A stretch of 61,076 nt of DNA, filler included, from Basidiobolus ranarum (Eukaryota): assembly GCA_040143965.1 (NCBI GenBank). It is 12 parts of 12 records of this genome, joined end to end, with 100 filler letters (N's around TTAATTAATTAA, not from the genome) between each part and the next. Parts side by side here need not be neighbours in the genome. Positions count along the whole stretch, not along the records: positions 25,528 to 30,526 come from JASJQH010001750.1; positions 30,627 to 35,623 come from JASJQH010001751.1; positions 35,724 to 40,719 come from JASJQH010001752.1; 9 more parts are not named here. One strand, 5' to 3'. Each line of letters starts with the position of its first letter. Position 1 is the stretch's first letter. A program made the position numbers and the translations under genes. Below, in pieces: positions 25,528 to 38,909 of the stretch. The notes below the pieces were generated by a model, which was not told the DNA's origin, ran no database searches, and saw only the letters and a list, made by a program, of their open reading frames with translations.

Positions 25528-26430
25528 TTTGCATAAATCATCAACCTAAAGTCCACCAAATACATAATTCAAGGTCAAATTTTCAGTTCTTGATTCTAGA
25601 TCCATTACTAGGCTCTGAAAGTTGTGTGGCAGGCTATTCAGGACTGTAACAATGATAACTTGATCAGTTGTAGGTACTCCAATGCATTCCATTTCATCCA
25701 CTAAAATAATGACTGTGAATTAGTAATATAATGTCTGCTCCTGGCTTCTTCTTTAAATTGGATATATGTCTTCTTAGAAACATCTTGTTGACAGCAGAAC
25801 ATGTTTGGAAGGTGTCTTCCAAGGCATTCCATACTTTTCGGGCAGTTTTTGCTTTGGAATATTGAATTAGGAACTTGTCTTTAACATATAGACAAATCAT
25901 GTTAAAGGCACTTTGTTCTTTTTTAACCTGGAGTAAAACTTTGGTTTCAGATAGTTTTGCATTGTGATATTCTTATATAACAGTGTCCCAAAGTCCTTTT
26001 TCTGCAGCAGCACTTACATTTTAATATTCTAAACTTGATGATTGGTTCCATCCAAATTTTTGGAAGAGGGAAAAGTGCAATAAATTTGAGAAGTATACAT
26101 TAAGAGAGAGCAACCCCAAGGCTTGTAACCTGTTAAAGTATTTGTGAGCATGTTGGAAGTGGTTTGGAGAATTAGAGAAATTAGTGGTTTTCACTTATTG
26201 GTAAGTTGAGTAGAAATTTGACATTTACAATTTGTCAAGATGTAAGCAAAATAACTTGTAGAATGTGTTAAGAAAGGTCCCAGGAACATATGTGCAAAGT
26301 TTGGGGCTTCTTTGAAAAATGTATATATCTGAGAGCATTTTTACCAGCTTTGAAGCTCTCAGATATATAGCTTCTTCAAATGGTGCAAGAAGCCCCAAAC
26401 TTCGAACACATATTCCTAGCTTTACAGTAT
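25528..26430 (-). mobile_element. Second Copia family-A gag fragment with rearranged 5' LTR pieces
   Basis: Paralogous to about 24660-25260 (KTARKVWNALEDTFQ); the LTR begins at 26131. Confidence 0.85.
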
Positions 26431-29373
26431 GTGGGAGCCTCATGGCACTGGTTTTGACAATTAGTGGAATTGGTGGTTTTAAGTTATTGATTTATTGTGT
26501 AGAAAGTTGATGTTTATAGTTTTGTCAAAATGTAAACAAGAAAACAGGTAGGATGTGTTAAGGAAGGTCCCAGGAACATGTGTGCAAGGTTTGGGGCTTC
26601 TAGCACAAGTTTGAAAAATATGTATATCTGAGAACTTCTAAGTTGGCTAAAATATTCTAAGTAAATTCTAATTGAGTGCAATAGATAATTTCTTAGTGAT
26701 ATATAAGATGACTATGTACTAAGCTATATATGACTATATAGATCCTTAGGCAATGCTAATTTCAACACTCTCCCTCAACTAAATAGTCATATAAACTAAT
26801 CCTAACAAATGTCTAATTTTCTCAAATATCTGTCTAGTTAATGGTTTGGTTAATATATCAGCAATCATGTCTTATGTAGAACAATAAGTTAAGTCAATAA
26901 ACCTGTTTGCTATAGTCTCTCTAATGAGGTGATGCCAAATATGTATATGTTTGCTTCTATTATGAAACATGGGATTTTTAGTTAACTTGATACAACTTTG
27001 ATTATCTTGAGATATTGTAGTTGGTGAATTTTGAGAATAGCCCAAATCTGTTAAGAGCTTTCTTACCAATATTGCTTCTTATGTTGCTCTACAGGCAGCC
27101 ATATATTCAGCTTCTGTTGTTGGAAGTGCTATGGTAGGTTGTTTCTTTGAATTCCAAGAAATAGCTCCATTACAGCAAAGAGATAAGTAGCCTGTTGGAG
27201 ATCTCCTGCCTTCAACATATCTTCCCCAATTTGCCTCTCAATATCCCTTCATATCAAAGTTTGATCCAGAATTCATGTATTTTAAGCATAGATCCACAGT
27301 ATCTTTCAATTATCTGAAAATCCACTTAACTGTCAAGATTTGATCAGATTCATTATTTTGAAGATATTGGCACACAACTCCCACAGAATATGCAATATCT
27401 GGCCATGTTCCAACCATGATATACATCAATCTACCAATCATAGATTGAATAGGAAATTCCTGGCTTTCATTTGTAACTAAGAACATCTGACTTGAGCCAT
27501 TTTTGTCAAGTTAAGATTTGTCTCCATTGGGGTAGATACTGGATTACATTGTTCCACTTAAAGCTTCTTTAGTGTATCTGGGATATAGTCAGACTGGTTT
27601 GAAGTTATTGTTTTAGTAGTTGTATTTATCTTAATTTGGATTCCAAGATAGTACATTAGTTGACTAAGATCAGTCACTTTGAATTTTGCAGATTAGCTGG
27701 ATTTGGTTTTATCAAAAGTCTTCAAGTCATTAGTTGCTATAATAAGGTCATCAACATATAAGGTTAATAAAACTGGGTCTGTCTTATCTGGCCTGAAGTA
27801 GACACTATAGTCAGCATTACTCTTTTGAAGCTTGAGTGTTTCCAAAAAAGCACTGATGTTGGTGTTCCAAGCTCTCAGAGATTGTTTTAAGCCATATAGT
27901 GTTTTCTGGAATCCGCAAACTTTTTTAGGGTTTTGTAGTTCCACATATCTATCTGGCTGGTCCATATAGATCTCCTCAGCATGCTCACCATTGAAAAAAA
28001 GCAGCCTTAGCATTCATTTGATGTATAATAAACTGATATTTAGCTGAAATTGCTAAAATCAATCTAATTGAATTAAACATTGCTACAGGTGCAAAAGCTT
28101 CTGTATAATCTATTCCTGGAGCTTGGGAATAGCCTTTGGCTACTAGTCTAGCTTTGTAAGATTCTATATTGGCATCAGAGTTATATTTAACTTGAAATAC
28201 CAATTGGCAGCCAATTGATTTTCTATGAGCAGGTAAGTTGGTTACAGTACAAGTTTGATTATCAAACAAAGTCTGGTACTCATCAGCCATTGCATATCTC
28301 CATAAGTTTGTGTGAGGGCCATTCAGGGCCTCTTTTACAGTCTGGGGCTCATGTATTTGAGCTGTGCATGCATAGTCCCAATTTTGGGACTCATTGCTAT
28401 ATTAATCCGGGCTATTTCTGATCCAATCTGATCTCCTGGTTTGGGATAAATTATTTTAGTTTGAATCAATTTGAATGAGTGAATTAGGAGAAAATTGACT
28501 TTTGTCTTCATCTGAGGCTGTTTTGGGTAAAAATGTTTGATCTTCATTCAATGAAACATCCCTGGATTTGATTAGCTTAGATACTTTGGTATCATAGAGT
28601 CTGTAGGCCTTTGTTTGAGTACAATAACCCAGAAACATGCATTTCTTACTTTATGGATCAAATATAGACCAATTTTTGGGCATAATTTTGACATAAGCAA
28701 TGCATCCAAAGATCCTCATATGTTTTACATCAGGTTTAACTCCAAACCAATCTTGATATGGTAAAGAGTTAGACAGACTTCTAGTAAAACTCCGATTTTT
28801 CAGATATACAGCTGTAGCAACAGATTCCACCCAAAAGTTAAGAGATAAATTTTGTGCATTTATCATAGATCTTGCCATTTCTGTTATAATCCTGTTAGCT
28901 CTTTCAGCAACTCCATTTTGTTGAGGTGAATAGGGGGCAGCAGTTTCTTGCTCCATTCCATGAACTTTGCAACAGTGCTTAATTAGTGTGGAAGTTTATT
29001 CTTGACCATTGTCAGTACATATTTTCTTGATTTTGGTTCCAGTTTCAGTCTCCCCAAGTTTTTAAAATCTCTAAAGATAGAGTGAGCTTCTCCTTTTCTT
29101 TCTATATAGTGGGCCCAATTGTATCTTCTATAATTGTCAGTAAATGTGATTAAATTTCTATTTGTGCCTAAAGAGAGATTTTGCATAGGTCCACACAAAT
29201 CTAAGTGAATTAGATCCAATTTTTTCACAGATTTGATTAGACCAGAGCTGTTGAATGTTTGTCTGGCTTGTTTTCTATGCATACAACCCTCACAATTTTC
29301 CATATTGGTTGGGGATTGTTTGAATTCCAGAAATTAGGCAATTTTTGATCATTTTGCTAAAATAATCAAATCC
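26430..29373 (-). mobile_element. Degenerate Copia family-A pol (integrase, RT, RNase H) with PPT and 3' LTR
   Basis: Integrase motifs IHLDLCGP and PQQNGVAERANR, RT motifs YKARLVAKGYSQ, LYGLKQS and LYVDD, RNase H motifs QDNQS and RSKHI. The INT-RT-RH order is Copia. PPT agttgagggagag precedes the LTR (about 26430-26767). Many stops and frameshifts. Confidence 0.93.
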
Positions 29374-30120
29374 TGTTGGGAAAATATGGGCTCTTTGGAG
29401 GAACTTTAGAAAAGTGGAGTTATGAATAGCTTTGTGAGATGATTATTTATTGTCCAGAAATGAAGCACTTATACATTTTGGTGGAAATACAGAAAACTAA
29501 CACTGGGGTTATGTTCAGAACATCTGTGGGAGTAAAATGAGCTATTTTTGGGGCAATTTGGACAAGTTTGAAATTTCCAATATGGAATTGCTAATTCTCA
29601 CATTATTTACATATATATATCATATATGTTCCAAATTGCAGTTAAGTTATATTTGAAAAAGTAATGTTAACTAACTTATATGTGATATATGAAATATTTA
29701 GGTGTACAAAGATAGATATAACAAATATGATAAAGACAATAAACTTGAATACTCCCACTCAACTAAAGATTCTTATATCTTAATACTAACTTAAATCTTA
29801 GTTCTTCAAATTTTGGCTTGGGTAATGGTTTGGTAAAGATGTCAGCAATCATGTCCACAGTTGGCCAGTACAGTAGTTGAACATGCTTATTCTCAATAGC
29901 TTCCCTAACAAAGTGATGTTGAATATCAATGTGCTTACTTCTAGCATGAAATTTGGCAATTTTAGCTAAAGAAATACAACTTTGATTATCCTAGAAAATT
30001 GTGGTGGGTGAACTGTGAAAAATGCCCAAGTCTTTGAACAGTTTCCTTAACCACATAGCCTCCTTTGTTTTATGTGATGCTGCCATGTATTCTGCTTCAG
30101 TTGTTGAAAGTGCTACAGAG
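29374..30120 (-). mobile_element. Copia family-B 3' end (RNase H, PPT and 3' LTR 29374-29751) abutting family-A pol
   Basis: VALSTTEAEYMA..KEAMWLR, RSKHIDIQHHF, and PPT agttgagtgggag at 29752-29764 adjacent to the LTR. Confidence 0.85.
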
Positions 30121-30626
30121 GGTTCCCTAACAAAAATAAAATTAATTTCATCTGGATTGGATCCACCCTCCAAAAGAGCAAAACCATCAGAGAACTGTCA
30201 CCATATCAGTGGCTTGCATTCTGCCAGGGATTTTGATGGTGTGATGGTGGTTTCTTGATGGTATTTTTACGGTATTCATACATGTTAAAATATTGATCCT
30301 CAAATTTGGCATGTGTTATTCAATATCTGGCAATTTTTGCAAAATATAATTTTTGAATGGCAAATTACTGGGTTTACTGTGGTAGGAATTCAAATAATAT
30401 GCATGCCTTTATTTGGATATTTTAGGCTTTGTATTCCAGCCATAATGAGAATCAAAAAATACAAGAATCTTGTTGTGTTTAGTCTCTACATATGCACATA
30501 CTTGACTGATTAGACATAACTCAACANNNNNNNNNNNNNNNNNNNNNNNNNNNNNNNNNNNNNNNNNNNNTTAATTAATTAANNNNNNNNNNNNNNNNNN
30601 NNNNNNNNNNNNNNNNNNNNNNNNNN

Positions 30627-30737
30627 TGTTGAAGTTTATTGTCTTTATCATATTTATTATCTCTATCTTTATACACCTAACTATTTCATATATCACATAT
30701 AAGTTAGTTAACATTACTTAGTCAAATATCACTTAGC
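30627..30737 (+). mobile_element. First ~110 bp of a family-B LTR
   Basis: tgttgaagtttattgtctttatcata... matches the family-B LTR end. Confidence 0.85.
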
Positions 30738-30738
30738 C

Positions 30739-33457
30739 TCTTTGTAAGATTGTTGATGTAAGCGTTTATGACTTTCCTATAGTTTCTTCTGCTTGAGTAT
30801 TAAAAACCTTGGATGCCGATAATAGGCTCACATGTTCCAAGGTGTCGAGCGTTTCTTGAAGGCAGCTATTGTGGATAAAACTGCTTCTATCTCTTCCGCA
30901 GCTTTGGTATCAAGCTATCATATGCTGCCTATCGCTAAAGATGTTGTACGTCGTTGGGCTAATGAAGTTCAAGAAGCAATGAATGCCAAATCAGGTCTAG
31001 GCTTCATGTCTACTTCCGCATACTCTGGTAATGGCATCATGTCGCAATACCATGCTATTGGACTTTTATATCAAATTAGACAGCATGATCGCATGGCAAT
31101 CATTAAGCTTGTCCAATCTTTTACCGGTTCTGGTAGAGGCTTCTTGAGTTCTTCAGCAACTCTGCGTAGCACTATGGCTCACTGTCTATTAATAAGATAT
31201 GCTTGTCAAGTCATGGAAGAGGATCCTAGGTTTACACCAACTTTAGTACATGAAAACATATTTTATCTGTTCTAAATTCCCTTGCTTTGTAGCACTCAAC
31301 GCCAACTCTTCGAACTACTTGAAGGATGGCTTCGTCATAAAAGTGATATGGTCAACTTCGAAGCTGCTAAAGCTATTTGTAATATGAATAATTTAAGTGC
31401 TAAAGACTTATATTCAGCAGTTTCTGGTAACCTTTCAATCGCTTTAGCAACCAAATCAAATGATCGAAATTCATGAAATTCCCATATTTTTTAGTGTTAC
31501 AACATTTCCTCGCTTCTTCCAAACCAACTCTTCGCTTCGCAGCCATTCGTACATTGAATAGATTGGCCATGTCTAACCCTACCGCTGTCACAACCTGTAA
31601 TATGGATATGGAAAATCTTATTACTGACTCTAATCGTAGTGTAGCTACCTTTGCCATTACCACATTGCTCAAAACTGGTAATGAAGCTAGTGTAGATAGA
31701 TTAATGAAGCAGATCAGTGGATTTATGTCGGAAATTTCTGACGAATTCAAGGTGATCGTTGTCGAGGCTATTCGATCACTGTGCCTTAAGTTCCCCGCTA
31801 AACATGGTACTATGCTCACTTTCTTGAGTGGCATCTTAAGAGATGAAGGGGGATACGAGTTTAAGCGCGCAGTCGTGGAAGCGATTTTCGACCTTATTAA
31901 AAATATACCAGAGTCAAAGGAGGTCTCTCTGTCACATTTATGCGAATTCATTGAGGATTGTGAATTCACTAAACTTTCAGTTCGTATTCTCCATCTTCTT
32001 GGTGTTGAAGGGCCCAAAACTCCTACTCCTACCGTGTACATTCGATACATCTATAATCGAATCATCCTTGAAAATGCTATTGTTCGTGCTGCTGCAGTCA
32101 GTGCTTTAGGTAAATTCGGAGTCAATGTAGCAGATGAAAATGTCAAGAAGAGCGTGAGGGTTCTCTTGACAAGATGTCTCGATGATGTTGATGATGAGGT
32201 TCGCGATCGCTCCACCTGGGCTCTCAAAGTTATGGGAGATGAATTTACTGCTGAAAAATATGTTAAAGATGACTCTTCGTATGCATTGGCTGCTTTAGAA
32301 AGAAGCCTAGTGGATTACTGTAGTGCTCCCGAAAAAACTGCGGCTCCATTCGACATCTCCACCATCCCACAAATCACTAGGAAACAAGCAGAGGCAGAGC
32401 GTTACACTACTAGTGCTATAGATTATGCCAATCTTGGCACTGTGCCCAACGTTAACGGTCCAGGCTCACCCAAGGTCGCGCAGAAAGCCAAGCCATCAAA
32501 TATTGACCAACAATTATCTTATGCTCAGGAAATGTCAAAAATCCCTGAATTTACCAGCTATGGTTCCTTGTTCAAGAGCAGCTCCAAGCCTGTTGAACTT
32601 ACTGAGAGCGAAACAGAGTATGTGGTTACTTGTACGAAACACATGTATCCTGAGCATGTCGTTTTCCAATTCCATTGCCGTAATACTCTCAATGATTCTC
32701 TGTTGGAGAATGTTTCGGTGACCATGCAGACAGATGATGAAGGATTGGAGGAAGTGACTAATATTTTCGCTGAACAACTTGCTTATGATGTTCCTGGGTC
32801 CGTTTTTGTATCCTTCAAAAAAGAGGATAGCGAAGCTTTCCCTGTTGCCAATTACTCTAACACCATGAAGTTTGTTGTTAAAGATTGTGATCCAACCACT
32901 GGTGAGCCTGACGAACAGGGCTACGAAGATGAATATTTGGTAAGAGTCATAATTTGATAAGTTATTGTTGAATATACTCATGGAAACTTCAATGGCGATT
33001 TAGTTGGAAGATGTTGAACTCAGCATTGGTGATTACATTCTTCCTTCCTACATCAGTGACTTTGGTAAGGTCTGGGGAGAGCTTGGAGTGGAGGGTGAAG
33101 TGATTGAAACTTTCGCATTAACGGCTTTAGATAGCCTTCAAAGTAATACCAAATTTCTGATAGAACTAGCAATACACTTGCTAATGAATGTTGTAAATGA
33201 TTCTAACTTGATTTCTCCCTTCAGCTGCCGTTACTTCTATCGTTGATATTCTCAGTATGCAGCCACTGGAGAATACTGATGTTCCCAAGAGTCAAACTAC
33301 TCATACTCTCTTCCTGTCAGGTATTTTCCTCGGAGGAGTTAAAGTATTGGTCAAATCTCGGATGTCATTTTCCAAAGCTACTGGCGTCACTATGGAGCTT
33401 TCTGTACGTAGTAGTGATGAAGAAATCAGTCGGTTCGTTATGGCTGCCATCGCCTAA
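30739..33457 (+). CDS. SEC21: Coatomer subunit gamma (multi-exon; N-terminal part missing)
   Basis: LCKIVD/AHMFQGVERFLK, WLRHKSDMVNFEAA, FIEDCEF, VELTESETEY and DCDPTTGEPD..GYEDEY. GT-AG introns at about 30758-30825, 31230-31292, 31426-31495, 32940-33003 and 33143-33224. Confidence 0.94.
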
Positions 33458-35764
33458 ATTCATCTATAAATAAGAAACATGATTTTTCAAACTCGCAATC
33501 TTAGGATGATACACCTATTCTTATGATATTGACCTTCTTCACTGCACATCACTTCACCCAATAGTCCCTGCCACATCCACAATACAAAATAAACATAATT
33601 AGTGGAGATGCTCCTTCAATCCAATTTCCAACCTAGAACATGGAGGCCACTCATCATTTGATTTACTCATTCTAATTTATCCCTGGTAACCACTAATTTG
33701 AGGGATGCAATATTGTACCCATCTCCTCTATCATCACAATAGTAAGCAGATCACTATTGCCCAATAAAATGTTGAACATATCCCTGGAACATGCGCACTT
33801 TATCTCCTAATGGTAGTCACGCCTGCCAGGTAGCTTGCACTGATTAAAATTGAGATACAGCATATGCGAACAATGTTGGCTAGTTAGAGTAACTTTGTCA
33901 ATGGCGATGTGAATACTTTATCAATCGATTCAGCGAGCCTCAAGCGGATCACAAACACTTCCAATCAGTAATCGGTATTCATTCAGCAGTAACGTATGAG
34001 ATTTCCGAGCTTTAAGGACATTGCTTAATTACTAGCATCCAAGATATACTACCTGAGCGAGCTATCAGATCTACACCAGTGATATACCGTTTATTGAGAA
34101 ATGCAACTTAGGCCGACAATGGTAGTGCTGTCTATATTTAGTAATCATGTGATATGCATTCCTAAATGGCCACTTTGGGTTGCTGCTTTCCTAACATCGG
34201 TCAGTTTGGAAGTCAAATTTCTCGATTTTGAATGCATTCCCACTTGCAGCGTTCATATCATGTAGAGTTCTGGAATATCAGGAATACCATAATTGTGTCG
34301 ATATGCGGAAACCACTCCACGATACAGGCTCAAGAGATCTATTAAACTGGGTGCTTCAATGGTCATATTAGGCTCTCTCCGACTACTAATAAAATCATAA
34401 TAAATGTTGCAGATACGATGAGTCGCATCATTCCAATGCTATTAAGAGTGATACTTCTCAATCAATTCAGTGTTTTCATCAACATTAGAGATGCACTGTC
34501 TATTGAGCCTACGCCACTCCTTAATATTTGTTTATAGGATGATGAACATGCATCGATCTGAGTTAAAAATCTTAGGTGTAATAGTTTTGGTAACCACACT
34601 GTGATATATTCACCCAGTTAAATACTGCTTTTTGAGTACCACCTTGGGTGGTTAAACCTGCTTCTGCTTAATCAATAAGTTAGTCTAGTTACTACAATGA
34701 AATAATTGCTTGGAAAATTGAAATTTTAAAGATTTATTCATCAACCGCGATTGATTCATTCGTCGGTTCGCTTGGCTTGGTTGATTTCTTTGGTGTACTA
34801 TGTTTGTGTTTTTTGGGAGTTTGATGTGTAGCAGGTTTGGCGGATCTAGTAGGTTTCTTATAGATTGTATGTGTAGTGGTTTTTTCAATTGGATAAGCGG
34901 TAGTAGTGGCTAGATGAGGAAATGTTGGATCAATTCAAGTGGTATGTTAGAACACCTGGGTTACAAATGAGCAACAAGCTAGGTTTACTTACGTGTGGGT
35001 TGGAGTGTGGAGTAAAAAACTTGGATAGTATTTCCTACTGGGTCTTTTATACCTCGTCTGAGTTGCCTTGAGTACACAGTAAGAACCATGAATGGGAGCA
35101 GAAGAAATATTTTCATCTCAAAGCTAAAGTTAACGTCTCTTCGAGGATTCACTAAGATATATACTGATTCTATGTTGGCTGTTTATGTAGCCTATAGTAT
35201 TCCCACATAAATCAATTTATCTCATCCCTTATTCAACATCATAAAAGCAATCATCTAGCAGAGCTTCCATTAAGTGCATCTCTTTAGGAAGGAGAATCCA
35301 TCTCCCCTTACTCATAATAATCAAGCGTAATGCTTCTGCGATTGCCCCTTAATTTATCCCATTTATCAATTTATAGCCAATTTAATTATATCGGCTACGG
35401 AAAATCATGCCATCTTTCTCATTTACGCACTATTTATGTATCCCAGCAAGGTGATACTCATTGCATTAACGCTGCTCATACTCAAATGACTTCCCAAACA
35501 AACAAAATCTTAAGCGATACAGCGAGAATATCGAGAAGTCGCACAACAGTATACATAAATCCACTTTGGTTCGCCTTAAATGGCTTAATTCAATAAAGGT
35601 TATTTATTGATAGTCTTGTGGCANNNNNNNNNNNNNNNNNNNNNNNNNNNNNNNNNNNNNNNNNNNNTTAATTAATTAANNNNNNNNNNNNNNNNNNNNN
35701 NNNNNNNNNNNNNNNNNNNNNNNACTAGGTTAAGGTTCCCTAGCAATATAGGCATAGCATACAA

Positions 35765-35837
35765 GGACTGGTAGCTCAGTGGTTAGAGCACCTTGCTAGA
35801 GTGAAGGAGGTCCCAGGTTCAAATCCTGGCCAGACCA
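35765..35837 (+). tRNA. tRNA-like 73-mer with AGA anticodon in a short-variable-loop body; probable pseudo-tRNA or SINE head
   Basis: Cloverleaf: GGACTGG/CCAGACC acceptor (one mismatch), GCTC/GAGC D-stem, CCTTG/GAAGG anticodon stem (one mismatch), CCAGG-TTCAAAT-CCTGG T-arm. A and B boxes are intact. Confidence 0.6.
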
Positions 35838-35844
35838 GTATTTC

Positions 35845-36663
35845 TCCCTAAATAATTTCAATAGGCTTATTTACTTCCTGATAAAGTAGAAATGTGAATT
35901 TGTACAAAATGAATCATTGAGTGAAACAACTAATTCTTCTAGTTCTCCAAATTGCTTCCAAAAATTCCCAAAATACTGTTGAAATTAGCATTGCCTATAC
36001 ACCCATATAGTCATATATAGTTTAGTACTTAGTTATCTTAAATTGAACTTAGATATTACCCATTATTCTCATGAGGAATTTACTTAGAATATTGACACCA
36101 ATATGGAAGTTCTTGGATATATAGATTTTGACAACTTGTGCTAGAAACCCCAAACTTTGCACACATGTTCCTGGGACCTTCCTTAACACATTCTACACAT
36201 TTGTTTGTTTACATCTGGACAAAACTATAATTGTCAACTTCCAACTCAATTAACCAATAAGTTAAAATCACCAATTTCTCTAATTCTCCAAGCCACTTCC
36301 AACAGGCTCCCAAATACTTTAACATCCTAAGCATCAATATAGTCGCAAATAGCTTGGTATTTAGATATTCTGTACTGAACTAAGATATCACCTACTATAC
36401 TCAATCAGAACTTACCTGGTTCTCAAATATATAGATTTTCAAAGAAGCCCCAAACTTTGAACACATGTTCCTGAGACCTTCCTTAACATATTCTACATGG
36501 TTATTTGTTTACTACTTGACAAAACTATAGATGTCAACTTTCCACTCAACAAATCAACAAGTGAAAACCACCTATTTCTCTATTATCTCCAAACCTGTTG
36601 GAGGACCACCAATTCTTTTAGTTCCCCTAACCACTTCTGACAAACTCCTAAAATACTTCAACA
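35845..36663 (+). mobile_element. Tandem or nested Copia family-A LTRs (complete copy at 35977-36324)
   Basis: tgttgaaattagcattgcc...caaatactttaaca, flanked by more degenerate copies. Confidence 0.85.
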
Positions 36664-38909
36664 CATACATTGTAAGAGTACTATACTGTTGCTATTGTTT
36701 TTGCTTACAATATGCAAATACATAATTACCTTCAATCTGAAAATACTACAACTAACAATCACAAGTTTCTTTCATTTACCCTGAGCACATTAGATGCAAA
36801 TCAAATACTTGGAGTAGGAGATAGTGGATATTTGCCCAATGTTCACCTATCACATCCTAGAACTAGGCCATACTTGATATCAAAGCATTTAGGTGGTAGA
36901 TGATCAAAGTCAATAGTGACTTACTCCATGTTAAGAAACTTAGTATTCAAATGGCTCGTGTGAGTCTGACCATTGTTGAGACTATCAATACGTTAACCAC
37001 AGCAAAAGTGAGTGATTCCACACACCAGCTTTGACTATATCCTCAATAGGCATTTTGGAAGAGAACAAAGAATGAAATGTAGCTATAGTTGAAAATATCA
37101 TGCACGCTGATGGTGTCAGGAAAGGGGATATTCATAGACACAACAATGCCAGAATACTCATCAACAGCATGAGGTCTAAGCACTAAGTGCTTTCTTGCTA
37201 TATGGTAACACGAGATGCACATTTCTGGAGGGTGGAAATGTTTATAGCAGGTACCGCCATCAGACAAGAAGCAGTGATATCACGCCATTGGTGTGTCCAG
37301 AAAGGATGCCAGCAACACGGGAAGGAGCTTTATTCCCCAGCAACATGGAGAAGTACCGACACTTGATACACTGGGTGCCAAGATAATCTTCCAACTGTAG
37401 ATCAAAGTACACCCAATGGGACGAACATTGCTAACCATATTCTTACTATGATTCATTCTACTAACATTGTCCTACTAGTGATTGATATTTTGTAGATGCG
37501 TTATCAACAATCACGACATGCAGATGGATTACATCATTCAATGAGGTTAGCATTGGGAGATAATGGTCAGGTGCGTTGATTATTTCATCTTTTTTCTATC
37601 CATCAACTGCTGTCTATGTGCAAATCCGATCAGATGCACTGTTTCGTAAATCGGTAAAACTGTCACTTTTTAATTTATCTTAGTGTTGGTTCATTCAATT
37701 TTCTTTTTGATGAAGCCCATGGGCCGCCATTTGGAGCGTAAATAAATGTTTCTCAGGCATGGCTGGTTGATATGTGAAGTCCAGAGTAGACAAACATTCG
37801 CTACAGAGGTCGTCAATGGAAGCAACTCTCCTGACTTTCTTATAGAAAGACCTCCCAACAGCTCATCCCATCATGTGGCACATATGCAAGCTTCTACTTC
37901 GATATGTACGAGGAGACATCTATAGTCGTCTCACTACACTTCATGGTGTGAAGCCTGGAACGGAGTATTTCATGTACTTGCCTATTTTGGGCGGCATTCA
38001 CGCGGATGTTCCTTGGCAGATGCTGAGAAATATCAGACTTAGATTAGGTATTTCAAGATCGATGCTCCGAGAAATCTGGGTTTGGGGGAAATCTCAGGAT
38101 CACCAGACTCCGACATTACATCATCCATTTAGCCAATCACCTGTTCACAGCCCCAATCTTAGTGCGCAACGGAGTGTCACCTCCGGCGGAAATCATCAGT
38201 GCTCACCATGCTCAAGTCAGATCGATTTAGCTAATTCATCAAGAATAATAAATATTGTAGGATGGTACTGAAGAAAGAGCAATCGGCGGCCCTCGTTGAT
38301 TGTGATTATTTCAACGCATCGAAAGCACCCATATTCCGAGACGCCAGCAATTTTTCGAGAATATGCTTGCATGCATCGTTACAGCTTGTGCTTGTTCAGT
38401 AGATGCTGCAGGAATCGAAACTGCCTCTCTTTCACACTCTAGAGATCAATTAATCAATGCAATCACAGTTGGTGGTATTGTCTGCGACGCAAGATGACGT
38501 AAGGCTAGAGAAATGGGAATATTGGGATTTGGAGAGATGAAGTTCTTTTTGAATATGTTACAGTTCGAATCCTCATTTATTTGGATTACTTATCAGTTAC
38601 GATGCTCCGACCGAAATTCTACAACACGATCATCAATAATATGTTTTTAATGTAAGATTGATGCAATCAATTTTAAATTGGCCTTCAAAAACTATATATA
38701 TCAAGATTTTCGTTGAGGCGCCTTAACGTGGAATCGATCTTCCCATCTTTTATGCACTTCCTCTCTAAATACTCGTTTATCCAGTATCACACAGTATCTT
38801 ACCGTTTCTTTCAAAACTAGTTTCCTTTCCTCCCTAACCGCTTCAACCTTTGTCACCTATTCAGCGGGACCTACTTTGGCGTACTTTTATTCGATAACTT
38901 CAAACCAAC

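Noticed and set aside
31400-32981. Long antisense ORFs (216 and 148 aa) over SEC21; similar ones over TRP5, the transporter and HIR3
   Set aside because: Shadow frames of conserved genes on the opposite strand.
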